Of a stretch of DNA of 64,000 nucleotides, positions 21,220 to 35,089 are shown piece after piece. Numbering within the stretch: the stretch's first letter is position 1; each line of letters starts with the position of its first letter. The DNA is from Mobula hypostoma. Lineage: Eukaryota. The position numbers and the translations under genes are program-made. A model generated the notes under the pieces. That model searched no databases. It was not told where the DNA came from and worked only from the letters and a program-made list of their open reading frames with translations. The stretch spans positions 226,550,001-226,614,000 of the forward strand of contig NC_086097.1 of NCBI RefSeq assembly GCF_963921235.1, given 5' to 3'.

Positions 21220-24200
21220 TAGTGGAGTGCTCCTCTTGTGGGATGTGGGATGTGGGAGGCAGGAAGACCTCCAGTGCCCCTAGCAACTACACCTACAAGA
21301 AATACATCCAGCTGCAACTTCTTCCCACGGTGTTAAGGAACTGGATGAACTCCGGATCGTTTGGGAGGCTGAGGGGTTGACATACAGGGAGGTGCAGGAC
21401 ACAGGTAACTGGATGACTGTCGGGAGGGGGAATGGGGATAGGCAGTACCCATGGCTGTTCCCTTCAACACTAGGTATACTAGTGTTCCCCTCAACACTTT
21501 GTTTACTGCTGTGGGAGGATGGCCTATCAGAGGAAAGCCACAGCTGTCAGGTCTCCGGAAATAAGTCTGCCAGTTTGGTTCAGAGGGAAGTGGGGAGGAG
21601 AGGTGAGCTGTAGTGATAGGGACTAATTGGTCAGGGGAACAGATAGAAAACTCTGCACATGAGAATAAGATTCCTGGATGGTATGTTGCTTCCCAGGTGC
21701 CTGAGTTAGGCACATCTGTGATCCAGCCCACAACATTGTTAAGTGAGACGGTGAGCAGCCTGAGGTCATGGTCCACGTCAGTAGCATGGACAACGAGGTT
21801 CTGCAAAGTGAGTTCAGGGAGTTAGGTGCTAAGTTAAAGGACAGGACCTCCAAGTTTGTGAACTCAGGATTACTACTCACACCATGTTCTGGTGAAACTA
21901 GAAATAGGAAGACCATACAGCTAAGGAGATGGTGGTGGAGGGGAGGGCTTCAGATTTTTGGATCATTTGGCTGTCTTCCAGGGAAGGTGGGACCTGTACC
22001 GATGAGATGGTTAGCACCTGAACTGGAGGGCGACTACTATCCGTGTAAGAAGTTCTGTTTGTGTGGCACAGGGGACCGGTTTTAAACTAGAGTTGAGGGG
22101 GATGTGAACTAGAGTGCCAGAGCAGACAGTGGAGTGCTTGTGAAGAAAGATGTTCTTAAGCCTATATATGAAGTCAGGAATCGAAAGGTTGAACATGGTG
22201 GGAGTAATGTTCTGAGCTGTGTACATTTCAAAGGAGAGGAACCTCCAGAGGAGGTTCGAGATTGATCCCAGGAATGAAAGGGTTAACATATGAGGAATGT
22301 TTGATGGCTCTGGGCCTGTACTTACTGGAGTTCAGAAGAATGAGGGGGGACCCCACTATAACCTTTCAAATATTGAAAGACTTAGACAGAGTGGATGTTT
22401 CCTATTGTGGGTTAGTCTAGGACCAGAGAACACAGCCTCAGAATAAAGGGACATTCATTTAGAACAGAGAAGAGGGAAAATGTCTTTAGTCAGAGGATGG
22501 TGAATCTGTGGAATTCATTGCCACAGATGACTGTGCAGGCCAAGTCATTGGATATACTTAAGGCAGATGTTGACAGATTCTTGATTAATCAGGGCGTCAA
22601 AGTTTACTGGGAGAATGCAGGAGAATAGGGTTAAGAGGGATAATAAGTCAGCCATAATGGAATGGCAGAGCAGACTCGATGGGCCAAATGGCCTAATTCT
22701 GCTCCTGTATCTTATCATCTCATGGTCAATGCGAGAAGTATTGTAGGAAATGGATTGAGCTTAGGGCATGAATCAGCACATGAAATTATGACATTGCAGC
22801 CATTAGTAAGACTTGGTTGCAGGAGGGGCTGGGCTGGCAGCTCAATGTTCCAGGGTTCCTTTGTTTCAAGTATGACAGTGGGAGGGATTAAAGGGGGAGG
22901 TGTGGCATTGCCAGTCAGGGAAGATGTCATGGCAGTGCACAGACAGCACAGACCGGAGAGCTCGTCTACTGAGGCTATATTGGTGGAACAGAGGGATAAG
23001 AAATGGATGACAATGGTCATGGGGATTATATTTTAGACCACCCAACATTCCATGGGATTTAGGGGAGCAAATCTGAAGAGACATCATGGATTGTTTAAAG
23101 GAACACAAGGCTGTGATACGTGATTTTAACTTTCCACATATTGACTATGACTCCCATACTGTAAAAGAGCTGGATGGGATAGAGTTTGTCAGATGTGTTC
23201 AGGAAAGTTTCCTTAATCAGTACATAAAATTTCCTAATGAGTGAGAGTGTGATACTGGATCTCCCATGAGGGAATGAGACAGGGCAAGTGACAGAAGTTT
23301 GTATCTAGTGATCATAACACCATTAGTTTCAAGATAATTATGGAGATGGATAGGTCTGGTCATCGGGTTGAGATACGAAATTAGAGGAAGACCGGTTTTG
23401 TTGATATCATAAAGGATCTGGCAAGTGTGAATTGCAACAGGTTGTTTTCTGGCATAGGTGTACTTGGTAAGTGGGAGTTCTTCATAAGTGAAATTTTGAG
23501 AGCATGACATTTGTATGTTCCTGTCAGAATAAAAGGCAAGGATAACAGGTTAAGGGGAACCTTAGTCTTCAAGAGATATTGAGGCCCTGGTTAAGGAAAA
23601 GAGAAGTGGATGCATAGGTACTTGAATATGAGAAATGCAAAAGAACACTGAAGAAGGAAATCAGGAGGGCTAAAGGAAGGCTTGAGGTTGCTCTAGCTGA
23701 AAAGTTGAAGGAGAATTCCAATGGTTTCTACAGATATATTAAGAGCCAAAGGATAGTAAATTCCAAAATTGCTCCTCCTGAAGATCATAGTGGTTATTTA
23801 GTCATACTGCCATAGTGAGGTAAAGCAACAGAGGTCATGGACCACATACAGATTACAGAGAAAGGGTATTTTGCTGTCATGAGGAACATTAGGGTGGATA
23901 AATCTCTAAGGCCTGACAAGGTGTTCCCTCAGACCCATTGGGAGGCTCATGCAGAAATTGCAGGAGTCCTAGCACGAATATTTTAAATTTCCTTAGCCAC
24001 AGGTGAGGTGTTGGAATATTGAAGGATAGCTGATATTGTTTCATTGTTTAACAGAGGTTCTAAGAATAAGCCAGGAAATTATAGGCTGATGAGTGGATAA
24101 GTTATTGAAAGGTATTCTAACAGACTGGATATATGGGTATTTGGATCAGCAGTGATTAATCAGGGATGGACAGCATTTCTTTGTGAGTGATAGGTTGTGT

Positions 24201-25325
24201 CTAACCAATCTTATAGTGTTTCTTCAGGAAATTACAAGGAAAATTAATGAAGGCAATGCAATGGATATTGTCTACATGGACTTCATCAAGGCATTTGACA
24301 AGGTCCCGTTTGGGAGTTGGTCAAAAAGGTTCGCTTGGCATTTAAGATGAGGCAGTAAATTGGATTAGATATTGGCTTTGCAGGAGAAAACTGAGTTTTT
24401 GTATGTGGTTGCCTCTCTGACTGGAGGCCCGTAACTATTTATGTGCACAGAGAGTAGTTCTGGGTCTGTTGGCATTTGTCATCTATATCAACGATCTCGA
24501 TGATAATGTGGTAAACTGGATCAACAATTTTGTAGGTGACACCAAGATTGGAGATGCAGGGGACGGCGAGGAAGACTACCAAAGATTCCAGCAGGATCTG
24601 GACCAGCTGGAAAAATGGGTTGAAAATGGCACATACGAAGTGTTGCACTTTGGCAGGACAAATCAGAGTAGGACTTGCACAGTGAGCGGTAGAGCACTGA
24701 GGAATGTGGTAGAACAAAGGAATCTGAGAATACTGGTCCATTGTTCATTGAAAATGGTGGCTTAGGCAGATAGGGTCAGAAAGAAGGTTTTTGACACATT
24801 GGCCTTCATAAGTCATTGTATTGAGTAGAGAAATTAGGATGTTGAAGCTGTATAAGGTGTAACACATTGTTGATGCCTAATTTGGAGCGTTATGTGCCGT
24901 TTTGGTCACCTACTTACAGGAAAGCTATCAATAAGATTGAAAACAGTGCAGAGAAAATTTACAAGGGTGTTGCTGAGGACATGAGTTACAGGGAAAGGTT
25001 GAACAGGTTAGGAGTTTATTCCCTGGAACATAACAGAATGAGGGGATATTTAATGAAGGTATACAAACCTTTGAGGGGTAAATGCAGGCAGGCTTTTTCA
25101 TCTAGGTTGGGTGAAAGGTGAAATATTTAAGTGGACCATGAGTGGGAATTTCTTCACACAGCGAGTGGTGAGAGAATAGAATGAGATGCCAGCGGAAGTG
25201 GTGGATGTGGGTTTGCTTGCGGCACTTAAGAGAAATTTGGATAGGTACATAGAATGGAGGGCTATGGGACTAGTCAGGTGAATAGTTCAGCATGGACTAG
25301 ATGGGCCAAAGGGCCTGTATTCTAT
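21220..25325 (+). mobile_element. Near full-length, heavily decayed CR1 LINE (ORF1 with Cys motif/esterase-like region; ORF2 APE and RT)
   Basis: VECSSCGMW at the 5' end; ORF2 pieces LSCVHF/NARSIV, KGGGVAL, DFNFPHID, GNYRL, VYMDFIKAFDKVP, YINDLDDNV..NFVGDTKIG; CR1 3' UTR atgggccaaagggcctgt. Confidence 0.88.
22232..22726 (+). mobile_element. Second CR1 3' fragment nested at the start of ORF2 of the older CR1
   Basis: Interrupts ...gtacatttcaa | tcaatgcgagaagt; resembles 11720-12213 and has its own 3' tail. Confidence 0.85.
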
Positions 25326-25749
25326 TACTATATAAAATTAACTAATTATTATGTCAAATGAAATATTTTGGAATTATAAAGTACTTTTAAAAGGAATATG
25401 AAATATGAAAAAATATAATCTAAAAATACCCAATCACTTGTATGCAGTGACCCTTTATCACAAGGTCAGTGAACCCATTCTGAATGGTATTTACCATCTG
25501 CACGTTAGCCAACCCAAAGGTAAAGCTGAGGGGCTAAGTCTGAGGTGCATCTGGCCTCTCTCCTCAGCATGTCAGTGCTTCATGGTTGGACTCAATGGTG
25601 AGTCGAACAGTGGACTAGGTTGTCTCCACAGAACCAGAGCCACCAGTTGTTAGAATCAGCACAATCTGGCCAATAACACAGGAACAAATTGCTCATTCCT
25701 GCTCAGTGTTAAGACTGAGAATGTAATGTACTTTGCACACAGACTATCA

Positions 25750-26175
25750 AAACAATTGTGTGATCACGCGAGCCAAGGATGATGTTTTCCTAAGGGGTTA
25801 GTCCCTTGAAGAATGTCTGTGCGTGACTTTGTTTGGCGTGGGAAGGCTGTTGCACGGGCAGCCACCACACAGTCCTTGACTGATCGAATTCAGGATCCAG
25901 TGGCATGGAATGCAAGATGTCTGGGGACCCTTCACCCCTGCAGCCGTTCTCCACTTTCAATGTCATTGTGATGTGTCGTTATCCTCTGCCAGCTCCACGT
26001 CTGAAGTCTGGGTTGGATCATCCTTTGTCTGGGACCTCCCTCTTGACCTTACCGCCTTGGGTGACCCTACCAGGCCCTAAGCACCAGATGGCTAAGTACC
26101 AGCTGGCATCATGCTTAGGATCTCAGGAATTTACAAGCCTCTCCACCACGACGAGATGATGATCCTCGGAGAAGT
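25750..26175 (-). mobile_element. Non-autonomous RTE-related retroelement
   Basis: gaccttaccgccttgggtgaccctaccagg and caagcctctccaccacgac motifs typical of RTE 5' ends. Confidence 0.5.
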
Positions 26176-26879
26176 AGCGGAACAACATTGCATTGAATAC
26201 AAGCACAGAGAGGCGACCTACATATTCAGAACCAAAACAACATACTAATTTATATTCAAGCCATTTAGCACTGTGATTCTCAAGCAAACAAGGGTTAATC
26301 TTAAAAAATTATAAGTGAAAACCTTCAAAAAATTTTTTTCTCATCAATTAGTTCTCAGTAGCAAATACCGTAACATATGCAGATCCAATTAATGCTCTCT
26401 TTTGTAGATAGTTTGGAAATAGGAAATAATGTCATCAGCCAATTTCTTTGAAGAGACGGTTTGGCTTTTAGAGAGCAGATCCAGTAAATAGAGAGAACCT
26501 ACTGAGTAAGAAAATTCCCAGACATAAACTTCCTGAAAACAAAGCTTCATTGTAAGATGAATGCAATGGAATGGTTCCCAAAGTCCAGTTTAGAATAATT
26601 CGCATACAGTTGATGTAGGCTGTCAGAGTTGTGGGGTCAAACAAATAATCTGTAAGAGCACTTTGGAAAAAATCCTACCTCCTAATATTTTATTCACTTA
26701 CGGGAAACGTGGATTTTCCCAGCTAAGCCAGTATTTATTGCCCATCCCTAGTTGCCCTTGAGAAAGTGGTGTTGAGCTGCCTTCTTGAACCGCTGTAGTC
26801 AACCTACTTTTGAATAAATGTATAGAAATTGAGAAAATGGTACTGATTACTTCCTTTCCTTTCATGTCCAAAGTAAATA

Positions 26880-27450
26880 CAAGAGGAAAAAAAATGCCTT
26901 GTATTTCTGTAGTGCCTTTTGCATCACTTTTCAGGTTATTCCAAAACATTAGCAGTCACTGAAGTACCTTTTGTTTTTTCCCTCTCCGTGCCTTGTGGCA
27001 CATCGGGTGGCAACCTTGCCATTTCTCTAGGATTTCTTTGTTTTTTGTCAGGCTGAGTTGCTAGCTTGACACTCAACGGAAAGAACAAGGAGTTGCCTGG
27101 AATTGAACCTGGGACCACTCTGTGCAGATACCACTACACCACCAGCCAGCTAAGTACATTTTGTACATTGCCACAATTGTTGGATCAGCCAGTTTGCACA
27201 CAGCAAGCTCCCACTAAAGGCAGTGTGTTAATGACCCAGTTAATGAAGGGTAAGTGAAATTATCAGGGTTGACTTCCTTCTCCTTTGGAATAATGTCATG
27301 GAATCTTTTACATCCATCTGCTGGAGCAGATTAGCCCTTGTTTTAACATTTCAGCTGGAAGATAGCATCTCTTGGCATACAGCATTCCTACAGTTTTTCA
27401 CAGGGGTGTCATCCTAGACTGTGACCATCTGACTCTAGCAAGAGCTCTAC
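26880..27450 (-). mobile_element. Ancient DeuSINE-like copy interrupted by a younger SINE
   Basis: Reverse complement resembles 19622-20015 (tctgactc..gcaagagctctacc, ggaatctttta, cacagcaagctcccac). Confidence 0.55.
26970..27152 (-). mobile_element. tRNA-derived SINE, same family as 16037-16247
   Basis: catcgggtggcaaccttgcc and ccactacaccaccagccagcta are reverse complements of the 16037 family; aagtac.tttt flanking repeats. Confidence 0.8.
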
Positions 27451-28151
27451 CAATTGAGAACATTAGAAAAGTAAATACAGAGGTAATTATTGTACTAATG
27501 AGTTTGAAGGAATTAACCTGTGCTGTAGTAAGTGTTTTTCAGGCTGTGTACATTAATTTGAAGGCTTAACAAAAGCTTGGCGGTTGAAGTAATCAAAAAA
27601 AATCGTAAGTGGTAAAGCAGAAGTTTATAATGCTGAAAAGCATATTAATATCATATTATTCAGATGGGAATGTGAAAATCCGTTACTGAATGCAGTTGGT
27701 TTGTTAAAGAATGCAAAGCTTGATCCATTAACTATGGAAGAACAGTGCTCTGTGTTTAATACTAACAATGGAAATATTTAAGACCTGATGTGAAAATCAT
27801 TGCGGAAAGTGACTTGTGGGCAGTTTAGGCTTTTTAGTCTGAAGACATTTTTCTTTCCTTTTAATTTATTTTAAGTAATATATTTGGTATATTTGCAGCT
27901 TCTTTTTATTGACAGTTTTGTACTTCTGAATACTGGCACAAGGGAAAGTTCCAAATTAAAGATTATAAGTAAATTATTTCATTAAAGGAAATAGTACTGT
28001 TTCCTTTTTTTTAATAACATAGACATTTGTGAAATGAGGGAGAACTGACTGCTTATGGTATTAATTGTATGTTTAGGTTTAAGACTGGTTAGACAACTCA
28101 AAAGTACATTTCTTTAAGAGAAATTACAGACTGCAGATTTCAGCAACAGTA

Positions 28152-28526
28152 GTTCATTCGTTCGTTATGTGCTGTGTAGAATGATGTGGGCAATCATGAT
28201 CTTTGCATCACCAGAATTGTCCTTGCCAGATTTTTCTACAGAAGAATTTTTCTACACTGCCTTCTTCTGGGCAGTGACTTTACAAGATGGATGACCCCAG
28301 CCATTATGAACTCTCTTCAGAGACTGTCTGCCTGGCATCAATGGTGGCATAACCAGGACTTGTGATATGTACCAGCTACTCATACAACCCTCCACCACCT
28401 GCTCCCATGGCCTCACGTGATCCTGATCAGGGGGCTAAGCAGGCCCAAGGGTGACCTGCAGGCTAGCAGTGGGAAGGAGCACCTTACACCTCCTTTGGTA
28501 GAGTCGTATCTCCACCCTGCCACCCT
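28152..28526 (-). mobile_element. Short interspersed retroelement (RTE-related)
   Basis: (ttcg/ttca)n tail at the left end; ggagcaccttacacctcctttggtagag..gtatctccaccc head. Family assignment is tentative. Confidence 0.45.
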
Positions 28527-28599
28527 AAAGAAGAAGAACATCTAGTAGTTCTGTGAGGTGCTCACAGAATATCACCATATATCACCAGTGCCATCTTGG

Positions 28600-28692
28600 A
28601 TCTACTGTAAATGCCTACAAGAAAATGAGTCTCAGGGTTGTATATGGTGACATACACATGCTTCGATAATTAATTTACTTTGAACTTTGATC
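28600..28692 (+). mobile_element. Rex1-like 3' UTR terminus
   Basis: aagaaaatgagtctcagggttgtatatggtgacat...tttactttgaactttga, similar to 7460-7530. Confidence 0.7.
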
Positions 28693-28799
28693 TTTAGTTA
28701 AAGCTAAGGAGCCAGGCAACATACCTGGCTGGGTACTGAGAGACTGTATAGATCAGTAGTAGTGGTCTTAATGGACATCTTGAGCATCTCTCAGAAATA

Positions 28800-31700
28800 G
28801 TCGCTTCAAGGCAGCAACCATCATTCCGGTGCCCAAGACAGCAATGCTAACTGGCCTAAACAATTACTGCCCAGTGGCACTGACTTCAATACTTAAGAAG
28901 GGCTTTGAGTGGTTGGGAATGGGTCATATAAAATGCCATCTTTGAGCCACATTGGACCCTTTCCAGTTTGCCTACCACTCAAACTGGTACACTGATGATG
29001 CCATAGCCTTGGCCCTCCACTCTGTCTAGAAAATGAAGCCTCATATACCAGGATTTTGTTCATCAACTTCATCTCGGCTTTTAACATGATGGCTGGTGGG
29101 TAAACTGTCCTCACTGGGACTCAGCATCCCTCCCTGTAACTGGATCTTGGGCTCCTTAATGGAAAGACCCCAGTCAGTCCAAGTTGGCAGCCACACCTCA
29201 AGCTCCATTGCGCCGAGCACTGGTGACTCCCCAGGGTTGTGAGCTTAGTCCACTGCTGTTCACGCTGCTGACTCACAACTGCACTGTCAGATTCAGCTCA
29301 AATCACCTCATCTGGTTCGTTGTTGATACAACAGTGGCTGGTCTCATCAGCAACAATGATGAATTGATATACAGTGTGAAATGTGGTGTCGCGTTGGACG
29401 GAGGAAACGGATGTGGTCCTCCGTGACTGTTTTGAATTGGTGGACTGGTTAGTATTCAAGGACTCGGCAGCTAACCTCGATGAGTATGCCTCAGCTGTCA
29501 TGGACTTTATCTGGAAATGCACAGAGGACTGTGTGTCTCACAAGACGATCTGGGTATCCCCTAACCAGAAACCTTGGATGAATTATGAGGTCAAGTCCCT
29601 TTTGAAGGCTAGAGCTGCAGCTTTTAGGTCCGGGGATACCAGTCACTACACGGAATCCAGGCGTGAACTCTGGAAAGCCATTAAGGGCACCAAGAGGCAA
29701 TATCGAGCCAAGTTTGAAGCCCAGGCTAACCAGAGGGATGCCGGTAGACTATGGCAGGGTCTAAATGAGATCACTGGGTGCATAGAAAAGGCTGGGAATA
29801 TCAATAACTGTGGCGCTTCTCTTCCTGGCGAACTTAATGAATTCTACACAAGAATCGAACAGAAGAGGAGCGTCCCGCTCCCTCCGGATGAACCGGACCT
29901 GGTGGCATTGAGATTCATCGTCACCGAGGAGGACGTTGGAAAGGCCTTCCTGAAGATAAATCCTAAGAAGGTGAGGGGCACAGATGGCATCCCGGGACGG
30001 GTTCTCCGGGCCTGTGCAAGAGAGCTAGCTGGAGTGTTTGCTGACATCTTCAGCTGCTCCCCGCTTCAGTCTAAGATCCCCTCATGTTTTAAGAAGGCAA
30101 CGATAATCCCAGTGCGGAAGAAGAACAAAGTGGCATGCCTGAATGACTGTTGACCTGTGGCTCTGACATCAATTGCTATGAAGTGCTTCGAGCGATTGGT
30201 TATTGCACTCATCAACCACAGCCTACTGGTCAACCTCAACACTTTGCAATTCGCCTACCGGAGCAACAGGTCAACAGCAGATGCCATCTCTCTGGCCCTA
30301 CATTCCTCCTTAGAACACCTGGAGAATAAAGATGCATATGTAAGGCTCCTTTTCATTGACTACAGCTCTGCCTTTAATACCATCATTCCAAATAAACTGA
30401 TTCCTAAGCTCCGGAACCTGGGTGTTAGCACTCAGATCTGCAGCTGGATCTTCAGCTTCCTCACAGCCAGGACCCAGGCTGTAAAAATAGTGGACAAGCT
30501 CTCCTCTACAATCACTCTGAGCACCAGTGCCCCACAAGGCTGTGTACTCAGCCCCCTGCTGTACTCACTGTACACCCAGGATTGTGTAGCCAAGTTTCCA
30601 TCGAACTCAGTATATAAGTTTGCTGATGACACCACAATTGTAGGCCGTATCTCAGGTAATGATGACTTTGAGTACAGAGAGGAAATTAAGAACCTGGTGG
30701 CATGGTGCGAAGACAATAACCTATCTCTCAATGTCAATAAGACGAAGGAATTGGTTGTTGACTTCAGAAGGAGTAGCAGACCGCACGACCCCATTTACAT
30801 CGGTGGTGCGCAAGTGGAACAGGTCAAAAGCTTTAAGTTCCTCGGGGTCAATATCACAAATGACCTGACTTGGTCCAACCAAGCAGAGTCCACTGCCAAG
30901 AAGACCCACCAGCGCCTTTACTTCCTGAGGAAGCTAAGGAAATTTGGCCTGTCCCCTAAAACCCTCACTAATTTTTATAGGGGCAAGATGGAAAGCGTTC
31001 TTCTAGGGTGCATCACAACCTGGTATGGAAGTTGTCCTGTCCAAGACGGGAAGAAGCTGCAGAAGATCGTGAACACAGCCCAGCACATCACACAAACTAA
31101 TCTTCTGTCCTCGGACTCACTTTACACCGCACGCTGTTGGAGCAGTGCTGCCAGGATAATCAAGGACACGACCCACCCAGCCAACACACCTTTCATCCCT
31201 CTTCCCTCCGGGAGAAGACTTAGGAGCTTGAAGACTCATGGCCAGATTTGGAAACAGCTTCTTTCCAACTGTGATAAGACTGCTGAACGGATCCTGACCC
31301 GGATCTGGGCCGTACCCTCCAAATATCCGGACCTCCCCCTCTTGTTTTTTTTGCACTACCTTACTTTCCCTTTTCTGTTTTCTATTAATGATTTATAATT
31401 TAAATTTTTACTATTTACTATCGATTTGTACTCCAGGGAGCGCGAAGCACAGAATCAAATATCGCTGTGATGATTTTATGCTCTAGTATCAATCGTTTGG
31501 CAACAATAAAGTATATACAAAAGAGGAGGTTGAGAGACTTGTCAAATGGTGTGAGAACAACCACCTGAGTCTCAAGACAGAAGAGATGACCGTGGACTTC
31601 AGGAAAGCACAGGTCTACCACTCTCCATTGTACATCAATGACTCTGCTGTGGAGAGTGTGAAGAGCACAAAGTTCCTTGGTGTGCACATAACGGACGATC

Positions 31701-32372
31701 TAACCTGGACCCACAACACTTCCTCTCTAATCAAGAAGGCGCAACAGCGTTTACACTTTCTGAGGAAATTGAGACATGCAAGGTTCCCTGCCCTTATTCT
31801 AACAACTTTCTACAGGAGCATCATTGAGAGTGTCCTGTCTGGCTGCATCATTGTGTGGTACGGAGACTGCAAGGCATTGGACCAGAATACCTTACAGTGG
31901 ATGGTTAAAACTGCTGAGAGGATCACCAGAGTCTCCCTCCCCCCCCCCCCCCCCGTTGGTGACAGTTACCAGGAGTGTTGCAGTCGAAGGTCGCAAAGCA
32001 TTTTTGAGGGTCCCACCAGCCATCCCACAATCTCTTTGACCCACTACCGTCAGGAGGTCCAGAAGCATCAGGACTAGGACTGCCAGACTGGGTAACAGCT
32101 TCTTTCACCAGGCTGTAAGACTAATAAATACCCTGCCACCACCGAGGTCTCGTCACTACATCAGCGTACTGTTTACGTTACACTAACTGTACTGTTTACT
32201 GTTCATCTGTGTTGCATGCTTAGTTAATTATATTTTATGAACTTATTTATGGTAGTATTTTGGTTTATGTGCTGTGTGTATCGTATGTTTTGTGGGTGCA
32301 CGATGGTCCGGAGGAACATTGTTTCATTTGGTTGTATATGTACAATCAGATGACAATAAAACTGAATTTGAT
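28800..32372 (+). mobile_element. Older decayed Rex1/Babar-like LINE (outer element; parts 28800-29366 and 31520-32372)
   Basis: NNYCPVALT, PQGCELSPLLFTLLTHNC..FVVDTTVAGLISNNDE before the insertion. Resumes with EVERLVKWCENNHL..MTVDFRK..KFLGVHITDDLTW..KKAQQRLHFLRKL after it. Confidence 0.88.
29374..31512 (+). mobile_element. Younger 5'-truncated Rex1/Babar-like LINE with almost intact reverse transcriptase
   Basis: ORFs 29383..30153 and 30157..31398 are in the same frame, separated by one TGA. RT motifs [47 protein letters not shown]. atataca repeats at 29367-29373 and 31513-31519. Confidence 0.93.
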
Positions 32373-34639
32373 TGATTATTATTGACTGAATCAAAGCTCA
32401 GAACTTTTTGCCAGCAGCAAGCTGCAAAATGGCTAACAGAAACTAACCATCAGTTAAACAAGGCTGTGCAAGCTGTCAAAAAACTTAACCTGATCAGAAT
32501 ATCTCTGGCCTCCAGAAACTTTGAAAACCATTAAGAAGAAACGTAAATATGAAATAAATAAAACAAAAACATAAAGTTTAAGAATAATTTATAGGCTTAA
32601 AATATTTGACTAACTTCAGTTGTCCAGAAATTCAAATTGGAGACTGCTATTTTTCCAACATCACAGAGTTAAATTGATTATTATTCCCATTTAATCAGAT
32701 AAAGATCATATTGCATTGTTTCAGAAATTTAATGGGCACATTCTGACATCTGTCCTCGCCTAGTTTGATTTCCAGAGATGCAGGTGTTGATGCAATTCTC
32801 TATGCATCATTCCTTTTGGAAAATTATGTCAGAACTTGATCTCTGTTATTCTACAAGAGCTTGTCATTGGGCCCTTCTAGTATAATTTACCGGTACTGAG
32901 CCAAATTAGATAACTTGTCAGGAAAGTAAATTACTTATCTTCATGCTCAGAAGCATCCCACAACTGAACTCCCATTTTCTAAACTATGATGATGGGGAGC
33001 CACCATATTTTGTTCTCTGACGATTACACAGGAAAATACTTGAACCCTGAAATTGGTGGCACTTGATCTCACCTGCTACGTGTGGGCAGCTCTGGCAACT
33101 CCCCAGAAAATCTTGTTCAAGGTATATTCTGTCTGCTAGTCTCAAGTTCAGCAAGCAAGCTTTGCTTCACAAATGTAACAATGGCACAATGTTTGAAACT
33201 GAAGAAAATTAAATTGTTGTTTTGACACAATGTGATATACTTTTAGAATATACATTGAAGTAAATAATCTTTTACTAAAATAAGGGTTCTTAGTATGCCA
33301 GCTGTGGTTTTGTAATCACATTTATACAATATTTTAGGCACAGAGGAAGTTATTTCAAGACCAAATCTGCAGAAGTTCTGTAAAATATGCACAACATAAT
33401 TGTCAATGTTAAATATTTTGTTCCTCAAGGCAAGACTTACACAATTGTATTTATCAGTTTGTGATTTTTTTTTTGGTTGTCCGCTTAGAATCTTGGAATG
33501 TTAATATTGCCTAATCTTTGTGTACGGTCACACTAGTAGTTAATGTTTTCCATATTTTTTTAGGCTCCCTGACTGAATTGAAATAATATTTTTTTCACTT
33601 TATATCTCCTGAGACCTCGTCAATGTTTCCCTTCACTAAAGGTGCCCACCACCATATTTCCATCACCTTGTAAACTGGTAGATTTATCAATAATCTTCAG
33701 TCAGAATCAGAATCAAGTTTAATATCATGGCATATGTTGTGAAGTTTGTTGTTCATGCGGCAGTGACCCTAGAAGATGTGTTTTGAAATTGGTAATCTTA
33801 TGCATTCTCCATTGTGGGATAAAAATTTGTTGATTGCCATGCATAATTTTTAATGAAGATGCACAGCTCAAAACTGCCAGACCCCACTCAACTAGGTAAA
33901 TCAAATCTGTAACAATCTATAACATGAATCCAGCCTGTGAGTCAAATGCTCTGCCACTTCAGATCGCTAGCTGTCTTAATTTGTGTTTATAGTGGCAAGT
34001 GAGTTAATGTAGGAAAAGCAGAGTGTTTCGATCATAATGATATGTCCTCGGGCAGGCTGTCTATTGCCTTTATTTCCTATTGGTCAAATAAACCGCACTT
34101 AATGGTGCTGTGATCTCCCGGCACAGAGAATGGGTCACTGGCATATTATGAGCCAGATTACCAAACAGTATAAACCATTTTATAGGGATTATACATTTTC
34201 ATTGGCTTTGCAGGAACTACGACTAAAACAACTTGGTTTCAATCAACATTGTGAAAGTAAGGCTTCATGGCTGGATTTATTTGATAGAAAATAGTTTGAG
34301 CTCATATCTGCTTTGAAAACAAATGTACTTTCATTGTTTTTCTTTATCAGGTATATACTCGAGGCACACCACGCTGTCTATAACTTTTAACCGGCATAGG
34401 CTGAAAGCCAAACATCAGGGCTGTATAATCCATACATTTGTTGTCCTCGTCTGCCTGTTACTTATTAATTTCTTTTAAAAACCTGTTATATGAGTATGCT
34501 TTTTAGCTTAAAATTTTTTTTGCAGATTTAAGGAATATTAGAAACTGAGAGAAGTAAAGGTCGTTCACCTTTAAACCTGTTTCGGCAGTCATTTGGATCA
34601 GGCTAACTCTGGATGTTAACACTATTAGAATGTGAATTT

Positions 34640-35030
34640 TACTTCTTATATCCATCTCACAACATGAGGGAGTTAAAATCTTTATGTTGCATCTCCGTTG
34701 CTATGTACAGGCAATAAGGAAGGGAAATGTGGGAGGATATTGCCCAAACACTAAGATTGTATACATAATTGTTCTGTATGCATGTCTGTACCATCAGATA
34801 TGCAATCAGATCAATGTATATTGATAAATCTGATCGCCTGGTGAAAGAAGCTGTCCCGGAGCCAGTTAGTCCTGGTCATAATGCTGCGGTACCATTTTCC
34901 AGATGGAAGCAGCTGAAACAGTTTGTGGTTGGGGTGACTGGAGTCCCTGATGATCCTCCAGGCCCTTTTTAACACACGTGCTGCTGTAAATGTCCTGAAA
35001 TAGGGGAAAGTTCACATCCACAGATGTGCT
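34640..35030 (-). mobile_element. Rex1-like LINE 3' fragment
   Basis: cctggtgaaagaagctgtccc is the reverse complement of a DSFFTR/SFFHQA-type C-terminus, as at 32095-32120. Confidence 0.6.
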
Positions 35031-35089
35031 GAGCTATTTAACTTGGTTTTATATCCTTTAACCCCCTGGCCTATTTATACAGTATACTA

